Part shown: one piece after another, positions 1 to 6,545 of the stretch | Numbering within the stretch: the first letter of the stretch is position 1 | How the letters are laid out: the number at the start of each line of letters is the position of its first letter | NCBI GenBank assembly: GCA_964592405.1 | Contig: CAZQBY010000017.1 | Coordinates: forward strand, 6,412-17,296 | Length of the DNA stretch: 10,885 nucleotides | Source: an uncultured archaeon | GTDB taxonomy: Archaea > Altiarchaeota > Altiarchaeia > JAFGQM01 | Reading direction: 5' to 3' | Translations under genes and position numbers: made by a program | Notes under the pieces: model-generated | Databases searched by the model: none | Seen by the model: the letters and a program-made list of their open reading frames with translations, nothing else | What the model was told of the DNA's origin: nothing

Positions 1-14
1 ATAGAATAATAAAG

Positions 15-167
15 GGCCGGGCCCGAGATTTGAACTCGGGTCGTCGGATGTCTGCAGCGCGTCCAAAGACGCCAAGCACCCCTTTTCTTTGGGGTGAAGC
101 ACTTTCTTTTTCGAAAAGAAAGGGCTCCCACAGTCCAACAGGATAACCAGACTACCCCAACCCGGCC
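15..167 (-). tRNA. tRNA-His(GUG), intron-containing (5' exon 167..128 including G-1, intron 127..50, 3' exon 49..15)
   Basis: Spliced minus strand reads G-GCCGGGT-TG-GGGT-AGTCTGGTTA-TCCT-G-TTGGA-CTGTGG^A-TCCGA-CGAC-CCGAG-TTCAAAT-CTCGG-GCCCGGC-C. This gives a full cloverleaf with anticodon GTG (131..129), a TTCAAAT T-loop, and the His identity pair G-1 (167):C73 (15). CCA is not encoded. Confidence 0.95.
50..127 (-). other. 78-nt tRNA intron at canonical position 37/38 with a bulge-helix-bulge splice motif
   Basis: Central 4-bp helix CUGU (tRNA 32-35) pairs with GCAG (55..52). The 3-nt bulges are GG^G and AC^A. The flanking helix is AGC (126..124) with GCU (58..56). Removing 127..50 restores the 7-nt anticodon loop CUGUGGA. 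Confidence 0.92.
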
Positions 168-278
168 GTGAGTTTGCCCATGCTACCTGAACGGCTGGGT
201 GTTGCGAGCACAAAAGCCCGGCTTGATGCGAGCCCGAACCCGGCCGTGAGTTTGCCCATGCTACCTGAACGGCTGGGT
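159..278. repeat. Exact 42-bp direct repeat (159-200 and 237-278) with a 36-bp spacer; each copy is an imperfect inverted repeat
   Basis: AACCCGGCCGTGAGTTTGCCCATGCTACCTGAACGGCTGGGT occurs twice. The arms ACCCGGCCGT and ACGGCTGGGT are complementary at 9 of 10 positions. The first copy includes the first 9 nt of the tRNA gene (167..159). Confidence 0.97.
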
Positions 279-288
279 CTAATTTGAT

Positions 289-304
289 GTTATTATAAGA
301 AAAA
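289..304 (-). promoter_or_regulatory. Putative TATA-box promoter of the tRNA-His gene
   Basis: Minus strand reads TTTTTCTTATAATAAC. It is the nearest AT-rich TATA-like element upstream of the tRNA and is almost identical to the element upstream of the histone gene. Confidence 0.55.
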
Positions 305-359
305 GGTATCTGGCGGGCCTTTTGGAGTGTTTTGGAAGGACAGTTCTGGAAGAGGGACG

Positions 360-395
360 GGCTGTTTATCTCCATTTGGCTGTTTATCTCCATTT
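360..395. repeat. 18-bp perfect tandem duplication
   Basis: GGCTGTTTATCTCCATTT at 360-377 and 378-395. Confidence 0.95.
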
Positions 396-416
396 GTTTT
401 TTTAATTTGTTTTTAT

Positions 417-424
417 TTTTTATA
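417..424 (+). promoter_or_regulatory. Putative TATA box for the ATPase-TadC operon
   Basis: TTTTTATA lies about 70 nt upstream of ATG 495. No clear purine-rich BRE precedes it. Confidence 0.4.
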
Positions 425-450
425 CTTCTAGTAATATCCCTGATATTTTG

Positions 451-482
451 TCCCTAAGGTCCGTTCTTCCCTAAGGTCCGTT
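451..482. repeat. 15-bp direct repeat, period 17
   Basis: TCCCTAAGGTCCGTT at 451-465 and 468-482. Each copy contains the interrupted palindrome CCT-A-AGG. Confidence 0.95.
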
Positions 483-494
483 TGGGGGTAGGAT

Positions 495-2945
495 ATGAAA
501 GAAAGCGGCAAGAAGCCGCCTCCTGCTTTTATTGCCTTAGGGGATATTCTGACAGGATTTGACAAATCCTATAGTGGACAGATTGCTGAAATACGGAGAC
601 CCAAGAACAGGGTCAGGGTCAGCAAAAGAAGGCGTGGTCTTGCGACCTTTGGTAAACTGCTTTCCCTGAGGTTCCCTCGGAAAAAGACGGATAAAGAGCC
701 CAACTGTGCCCGAAAGGAGAACATCAAGGCTAATGATATCCGCGGAAACTCTGTAAAGACTGTATATGTGAACTGCCGGGGATGTAAATTTTCAGCCGAT
801 TTGCTGGATAAAGAGTGCAGATTCAGATGTATGCAGTTGTTGGGCAGGGAGCATTATGAACGTATTATCCTAGATGATGGATTCTATAAGAGGGATTACG
901 GGCCCGATGATACAGGAAAACTGAGAGAGCTGTTGGACATAGCCGAGGGACTGGACATCCGGTTTCCAGAGGAGTGTGGGCTCTGTGCCAAGGAACATGA
1001 AAAACAAATCAGGTTGCTTAAGGAAGCCCTGATGAGGGATCCCATAGACCTGCTGCACAGGGGTATTGAAATCAAAGAGAATGAGGATATAACTGTAATA
1101 GGTGTGGAAAAAGAGGTCTGTGAGGAATGCAGGAGAAGGGTGGAAGCAGTAGTTAGAACAGCCATCACAAGGCTGAAGAACGCAAAATTGGGCAAAAGTT
1201 ATGTATTCTCTCCCATAATACGCCCATTTTTTTCCAACTCCCGGATACTCTTTAGTATCCCTTCACGGGACAAGATACAGGAGATATATGAAAATTCCGG
1301 ATCCCGTGTTGTGCTGTTCAGAGGAGATGAAGAGATGTATTTCATATTCCCACCTGAGTATGGCCTCAACAGACAACAGCTTGAGATTATGAAGCTTGCC
1401 TATGATTCAATCTCCAGAAGAGAAGGCCCACAGGATGAAAAGGCATTCACAGATCTCTGCAGAAGTGAGATAATCAAGGCTGCTTCAAAAAAAGGGTATG
1501 AGGTCTCTGTGCAGGGCATTACCACCATGACTGAGGTTATGACAAGATGTACAAGAGGCTTGGACATTGTAGAGCTTCTGCTGAGAGATCCCAATCTTCA
1601 GGACGTCTATATAAATTCACCAATAGAGACAACACCGCTCTATGTTAAACACCAGATTCTCGATGATTGCAGGACTAATGTCTATTTGACAGAGGAGACT
1701 GCACGCAACATGGTCTCAAAATTTCGTCTGAGGAGCGGGAGGGCCTTCTCAGAGGTATCACCGGTTCTGGATATGGAACTGCCAGAGTTCGGAGTCCGCG
1801 TGAACATAACCGGACCGCCTGTAAGTCCGGATGGGCTGGCCTTTGCCTTCAGACGTGCGAATGATGAACCATGGACGCTTCTGAGATTTATTGAGAACAG
1901 AATGATATCGCCAATGGCGGCCGGGCTTTTGGGTATGATGGTTGGGGAGGAGTCCACAATATTAATGTGTGGCGACAGGGGGAGTGGAAAAACCTCTATG
2001 CTTACAGCACTCATCGGTGCAATGCCAGCAAAATACCGTATACTCACAATGGAGGACACCTTTGAAATTCCTGTGCCGACTCTCACAAGAGAGGGTGGTT
2101 TCAGGATCCAGAGAATGCGAATCAGGCCATCAACGGCCGGGGACTCCCTTGAGTTGAGTGCTGATGAGGCGATGAGAAGCCTGTTGAGAATGGGAGATTC
2201 GGCAATAGTCATAGGTGAGGTTCGTGGGAGGGAAGCATGCACACTTTATGAGGCCATGAATGTTGGGGGAAGCGGAAATTGTGTTCTGGGAACAATACAT
2301 GCCAAGTCTCCCCGTAGTCTACTGGAGAGGGTTGTGTTCTCCCTGGGTGTGCCCCCACAGTCATTCAAGGCTACGGATCTTGTTGTCATTGCCGACAGAA
2401 TACGCCCGGGCGGAGGAACCCAAAGGCTCAGGAGGGTTACCGAAATCGCGGAGGTGAGAAAGGACTGGAATGAGGTGGATGCTGATAAGGTATTCTCAAC
2501 ACTGATGAATTATGACCGGAGGTTGGACCAGCTCGTTATAGGGGAAACTCTGAGATATCCGGAACGGTCAGATGTCATTTGCAGGATAGCAGCCAAGCGC
2601 GGTGTTACTCCGGCAGAGATATTAAAGGATATTGAGGCCCGGGGAAATGCCTATGGATATGCAGTAAGACTTTTTTGGAAAACAGGCGATAAGGGGCTTC
2701 TCTCTTTGAGAACCATGGTAGATCTCAACCATAGATATCTGGAGCTGGTGGATGAGAGTATAGCTGCAAAAGGGAAGGCCGATTATAACTATATATTGGA
2801 TAGGATAATCAGATGGCTTGATGAATATGCACGTAAAAGGACGCATGGAAAAGGGGCAGGTAAATACGGGATAGAACCGCAAGATGGACTATGCAGAGAT
2901 GTGCAGGAAAGCACACAAATTACTCAAGAGCAGGGTAAGCAGTGA
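495..2945 (+). CDS. Type II/IV secretion (type IV pilus/Tad) ATPase, VirB11/CpaF/PilB-like, with Cys-rich N-terminal extension
   Basis: 816-aa ORF. Motifs: LLRDPNLQDVYIN, Walker A GDRGSGKT (nt 1971-1994), Asp box TMEDTFE, LR-x-GD followed by Walker B IVIGEVRG, GTIH, RRVTEIAEV. A G-rich RBS-like GGGGGTAGG precedes the ATG. Confidence 0.92.
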   Translation: MKESGKKPPPAFIALGDILTGFDKSYSGQIAEIRRPKNRVRVSKRRRGLATFGKLLSLRFPRKKTDKEPNCARKENIKANDIRGNSVKTVYVNCRGCKFSADLLDKECRFRCMQLLGREHYERIILDDGFYKRDYGPDDTGKLRELLDIAEGLDIRFPEECGLCAKEHEKQIRLLKEALMRDPIDLLHRGIEIKENEDITVIGVEKEVCEECRRRVEAVVRTAITRLKNAKLGKSYVFSPIIRPFFSNSRILFSIPSRDKIQEIYENSGSRVVLFRGDEEMYFIFPPEYGLNRQQLEIMKLAYDSISRREGPQDEKAFTDLCRSEIIKAASKKGYEVSVQGITTMTEVMTRCTRGLDIVELLLRDPNLQDVYINSPIETTPLYVKHQILDDCRTNVYLTEETARNMVSKFRLRSGRAFSEVSPVLDMELPEFGVRVNITGPPVSPDGLAFAFRRANDEPWTLLRFIENRMISPMAAGLLGMMVGEESTILMCGDRGSGKTSMLTALIGAMPAKYRILTMEDTFEIPVPTLTREGGFRIQRMRIRPSTAGDSLELSADEAMRSLLRMGDSAIVIGEVRGREACTLYEAMNVGGSGNCVLGTIHAKSPRSLLERVVFSLGVPPQSFKATDLVVIADRIRPGGGTQRLRRVTEIAEVRKDWNEVDADKVFSTLMNYDRRLDQLVIGETLRYPERSDVICRIAAKRGVTPAEILKDIEARGNAYGYAVRLFWKTGDKGLLSLRTMVDLNHRYLELVDESIAAKGKADYNYILDRIIRWLDEYARKRTHGKGAGKYGIEPQDGLCRDVQESTQITQEQGKQ

Positions 2946-4638
2946 GGAAGCCGGCAAACTGAAAGAAGCCATAAGCTTCCTCGGTATGGAGGTTACTCCA
3001 GAGCAAACCCGGAGTTTGGCGAATTTGATAGGATGGCTGGGTCTTGGGACGGGAATCCTCCTAATTTTTATCATCTCGTTATTCCTTGGTTTCTCCGTTC
3101 TGTGGTTACTGTTTCTGGCCTTCCCCACTGTTTTGTATTTATACTTTAGGAGATACCCCATACTGAAAGCGGATTCCGAAATGAAGAGGGGCCTTGCCCA
3201 GATACCCGAAGCAATGAGCTATCTGCTTATGAGTCTGCGGGTGAATCCAAACTTGGAGTGTGCAGTGGAATTCGCAGCTTCCCACTCAAGGGATATTTTC
3301 AGAAGAAGATTTGGGAGGATTATTCAAGACGTGAACTTGGGCAGGAACAGCATTGAAGCTGGGCTGGCCAAACTAGGTAATGATTTTGCAAAGAGGAGTG
3401 AGGAGTTCAGACGCTCCATGAGCCTAGTGCTGGCGTCGATGCTGGATAGGACCGAGAGGCGAAGACAGGAAACCCTGGATAAAGCCTCGGCAGTCCTGCT
3501 CGATGGTCTTGCCCTAAGGAATGAAAGGGAAGCACGTGCACTCAACACTCCCGTTATGATTGTTTTTACCTTTGGTATTCTACTCCCGCTTATACTCGTG
3601 GCCATAATCCCATTTACGTCCCTTATGGGGATAGAGATAAGCACGCCTGTAATAGCACTGATTTATACATTTGGTCTGCCCCTTTTTTTATATATCCTGA
3701 TAAGGTTTATCGCATCCTGTCGCCCGGTAACCATGCTACCCCCAAGGGTGCCAGCCGGGAATACACGGATTGGCCACATCATCCTGGGAGTAAGTGCCGG
3801 CCTGCTACCAGCTACAATATTTCTCTTGGGAGACACAGTCCTTGGTTCTCTCAAATATGTACCAATCCTTTTGGGAATCGGGACAGGAACTGGCACATTT
3901 ATGTTGCTGACAACTGCTGGAGTGAGGAAGGTCAGGAGGGAAATAAAAAGTATGGAAAACAGGTTTGGCGAGATCCTGCACCATTTGGGGGTTATACTCT
4001 CAGAAGGGCGCCCGCTTGAGGTTGCAATGATCAAAAGCGAGAGTCCTTTTATGAAAAGAGCTGCAGAGAACATAAGAACACTCAATGCCAGTCTGAAGAG
4101 TGCTTTTTTTGATAGAGAATTGGGTTCCCTGAGAACAGTTTACTCGGATACCATAAGGGGGATAATTGAGGTGCTGGTTTCCATCGCAGATAAGGGCCCA
4201 AAGACTCTTGCAAAAGTTTCGTTCAGGATGGCCGAACATGTAAATAACCTCAAGAAGAGTGGGGCTGAGGTCGAACGAGGTCTTGGAAGCGTGATATCCT
4301 CAATGCGGATTATCGCACTGATTGTAGCCCCTCTGGTTGGTGGTATGATATCAAGCATGAGCGTCGTGCTGGCTGAGACAATGGTCAAATCACAGGGAGA
4401 GAACCTAGGTTTTGGATATAAAACCGCAATGCCCATGGACCCGAGCATCATAACCATGGTAATAGGCATCTATATCATGGAATCTGCAGTCATACTCATG
4501 CTGTTTGGAAGTGAGCTGATAAATGGGGATGATATCGTTATGAAGAAATACTATACAGGGCTTGCCCTCCCCTTATCGATAATCGTATTCACAGTTTGTG
4601 CATGGGTGACGGGCAACCTGTTTGGGAGTATTGCATAG
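2884..4638 (+). CDS. TadC/GspF (T2SSF/ArlJ-like) pilus assembly membrane platform protein, two-domain fusion
   Basis: 584-aa polytopic membrane protein directly downstream of the ATPase. It has two cytoplasmic T2SSF-like segments (QIPEAMSYLLMSLRVNPNLECAV and RFGEILHHLGVILSEGRPLEVAM), each followed by clusters of hydrophobic helices. Confidence 0.85.
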   Translation: MDYAEMCRKAHKLLKSRVSSEEAGKLKEAISFLGMEVTPEQTRSLANLIGWLGLGTGILLIFIISLFLGFSVLWLLFLAFPTVLYLYFRRYPILKADSEMKRGLAQIPEAMSYLLMSLRVNPNLECAVEFAASHSRDIFRRRFGRIIQDVNLGRNSIEAGLAKLGNDFAKRSEEFRRSMSLVLASMLDRTERRRQETLDKASAVLLDGLALRNEREARALNTPVMIVFTFGILLPLILVAIIPFTSLMGIEISTPVIALIYTFGLPLFLYILIRFIASCRPVTMLPPRVPAGNTRIGHIILGVSAGLLPATIFLLGDTVLGSLKYVPILLGIGTGTGTFMLLTTAGVRKVRREIKSMENRFGEILHHLGVILSEGRPLEVAMIKSESPFMKRAAENIRTLNASLKSAFFDRELGSLRTVYSDTIRGIIEVLVSIADKGPKTLAKVSFRMAEHVNNLKKSGAEVERGLGSVISSMRIIALIVAPLVGGMISSMSVVLAETMVKSQGENLGFGYKTAMPMDPSIITMVIGIYIMESAVILMLFGSELINGDDIVMKKYYTGLALPLSIIVFTVCAWVTGNLFGSIA

Positions 4639-4651
4639 GCGGGTATTGGGC

Positions 4652-4852
4652 TTATTTCAAAGCCAGTTTGATATCCTCTTCCATAACCGTCTTCCTCTTG
4701 GCATGGCGAGCCAGTGCAGCTGAGGCTTCGGCTAGGGCTTCCGCATATTCCTCTACAGCTTCCTGAAAGGCTTTTAATCCCTTTTCTGAGATTCTTTCAG
4801 CTCCTGCGTTCTTCATGATACGTTCCAAGGTTGCTAAGGGTAATTCGGCCAT
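4652..4852 (-). CDS. Archaeal histone (HMf/HTk family)
   Basis: 66 aa, MAELPLATLERIMKNAGAERIS...ARHAKRKTVMEEDIKLA. Shows the histone-fold signature: ELP start, AGA loop, R-x-S, H-A-x-RKT-x4-D. Confidence 0.97.
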   Translation of the reverse strand: MAELPLATLERIMKNAGAERISEKGLKAFQEAVEEYAEALAEASAALARHAKRKTVMEEDIKLALK

Positions 4853-4869
4853 TTTTGGGCATATTATAG

Positions 4870-4886
4870 GTTATTATAAAGAAAAA
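4870..4886 (-). promoter_or_regulatory. Putative TATA-box promoter of the histone gene (probably leaderless mRNA)
   Basis: Minus strand reads TTTTTCTTTATAATAAC. TTTATAAT (4880..4873) is centred about 25 nt upstream of the ATG at 4852, and there is no SD sequence. Confidence 0.65.
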
Positions 4887-4916
4887 TCAATCAGGAACTG
4901 GGTATTATGAGGAGTA

Positions 4917-6374
4917 TCAGTTCATAAGAAGCAGCCTCTCAATCCTAGGGATCCAGAACAGGAGATCCGAGGCGGTCATCCCTATGGACTTAGTAAAAAA
5001 TGCTGTCTCGCCTGCCACTCCATTTACAAAAGCTGCAAAGCACGCAGCCTTGAATGGTTCGATGCCCTGAGCCATGAAGCCTGCACACAATCCGGCGAGT
5101 ACATCGCCGGTTCCGCCCTTTGACATATAAGGACTGCCAGAATCATTGTATTTGATTCTTGTCTTTTGGCATATGATATCAACGCTCCCCTTCAGCACTA
5201 TGGCAAAATCATATTTCTTTGCCACCTTTCTAAGGTTCTTCTCATTTGCTGTCAAACCGAACAGCGCCTTGAACTCACCGGCATGTGGAGTCAGTATGAC
5301 ATTTCTGCCAAGTCTTGGGAGCATGGATTTCACGGCTTTTAACCCGTCTCCATCTATGACAGTTGGTTTTTTTGTGTTGTATATTATGGTTCGGGCAGCC
5401 TCCAGACTCTCCCTGCTGTCTCCAAGGCCATTGCCTATACACAATACATCAAAATCTCTGGAGAGGACTGCTCTGGTATCATGTGTGGAAAGATGATCGC
5501 CGGATCCCAGTGGATAGACTATTATATCAGGAGACATACCTGCTATCCTTTGGACCGTCCTTTCCGGAGCTGCAACATAGACCAGATCGCAACCGCTTTG
5601 TAGGGCGGCCATTGCAGCGAAATATGGGGCTCCTGTGTAGTTTACAGAACCTCCCACCACAAGAACCTTGCCGGCTTCCCCCTTATGGGCACTAGGCTTC
5701 CGCCAAGGATAACCAAACCTAAAATCTCCCTTCCCGACATGCGTCTCGGCCTTTTTGGGTATCCCAATATCCAAAACTACTACTTTGCCGGCAGCTTTGT
5801 TATCCTTTAGCCCCGTCTTGGGGGCATGCATGGAAATGGTCAGGGTGGGTTTGACTGCTATATCCGGAACATTACCAGTATCAGGATCCATGCCGGATGG
5901 AACATCCACCGAGATTATCTTTTTCTTGGATTCGTTCATCATCCGGATGACAGAGCGGGCCGGTTCCCGCAGTTTTCCAGAGATTCCCGTCCCGATGAGT
6001 GCATCTATGACAACATCCGCCTCTGACAGTGCAGTCTGAAGCTTATCCAGATTTCCCTTATCAAGAGGAACGAGATTACAATTCTTGTCCCCCTGTTGTT
6101 GAAGAATTGTAACATAGTTTTCATATGCCTCATCTGTTTGTGGAGGGTTGGTATAAAAAATCCATGGCTTGGATTTCAGATAACGCGCAGCTACGAAGCC
6201 ATCGCCACCATTGTTGCCAGAGCCACAGACTATAACAAAAGACTTCCCCATCTTATTGGCTATTCTGGCCACTCCTCTGCCGGCATTCTCCATGAGGTCC
6301 GACACCGGGACACCAAACCATTCTGAATTGCATTCCAGAATACGCATCTCTTTGGTGGAAATTGTTTTCATCAT
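4917..6374 (-). CDS. nnr: Bifunctional NAD(P)H-hydrate repair enzyme (NAD(P)HX epimerase plus dehydratase, YjeF family)
   Basis: YjeF_N motifs LMENAG, CGSGNNGGDG, DALIGTG, SVDVPSG. Dehydratase domain motifs HKG-x2-GKVLVVGGS-x2-YTGAP, LTPHAGEF, KGGTGDVLAG. Start could be 6374 or 6371 (tandem ATG). Confidence 0.96.
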   Translation of the reverse strand: MMKTISTKEMRILECNSEWFGVPVSDLMENAGRGVARIANKMGKSFVIVCGSGNNGGDGFVAARYLKSKPWIFYTNPPQTDEAYENYVTILQQQGDKNCNLVPLDKGNLDKLQTALSEADVVIDALIGTGISGKLREPARSVIRMMNESKKKIISVDVPSGMDPDTGNVPDIAVKPTLTISMHAPKTGLKDNKAAGKVVVLDIGIPKKAETHVGKGDFRFGYPWRKPSAHKGEAGKVLVVGGSVNYTGAPYFAAMAALQSGCDLVYVAAPERTVQRIAGMSPDIIVYPLGSGDHLSTHDTRAVLSRDFDVLCIGNGLGDSRESLEAARTIIYNTKKPTVIDGDGLKAVKSMLPRLGRNVILTPHAGEFKALFGLTANEKNLRKVAKKYDFAIVLKGSVDIICQKTRIKYNDSGSPYMSKGGTGDVLAGLCAGFMAQGIEPFKAACFAAFVNGVAGETAFFTKSIGMTASDLLFWIPRIERLLLMN

Positions 6375-6433
6375 GACCGGTTTATACCTGTTTTGTTATT
6401 TCATGGTTTTTATTATTATTCCCATAGATTTTA

Positions 6434-6462
6434 TGTCAATACAACATATTGTCAATACAACA
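6434..6462. repeat. 13-bp direct repeat, period 16, in the nnr / ATPase divergent intergenic region
   Basis: TGTCAATACAACA at 6434-6446 and 6450-6462. Confidence 0.9.
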
Positions 6463-6545
6463 GACAAATTTAATCAAAAGGACATTATATTTTGGTTTGC
6501 GTTTGATTTACATTCGACATTTGTTTACGTTTGGGGATTTAAAAG

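Noticed and set aside
50-127. Box C/D guide RNA inside the tRNA intron
   Set aside because: No RUGAUGA or CUGA boxes on the transcribed strand.
193-245. Second tRNA, or split/permuted tRNA piece, starting with the duplicated GGCCGGGTT
   Set aside because: Only 9 nt match the tRNA exactly. There are no D or T arms, and the real tRNA is already complete.
159-278. Mini CRISPR array (42-bp repeats, 36-bp spacer)
   Set aside because: There are only two repeats, one overlaps a tRNA gene, the ends do not resemble typical archaeal repeats such as ...ATTGAAA(G/C), and no cas genes are in the window.
1682-2242. 186-aa antisense ORF, and other ORFs nested in the ATPase and TadC-like genes
   Set aside because: Shadow ORFs lying wholly within well-supported genes, with no recognisable motifs.
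495-4638. Archaellum motor (arlI/arlJ) or conjugative T4SS assignment
   Set aside because: No arlB/F/G/H, VirB4, relaxase or integrase genes are nearby. The architecture fits a pilus/Tad-type module, so no gene symbol was assigned.
4652-4852. Unusual histone variant (tail or doublet)
   Set aside because: An ordinary 66-aa singlet with the AGA loop, His and RKT...D motifs intact and no tail.
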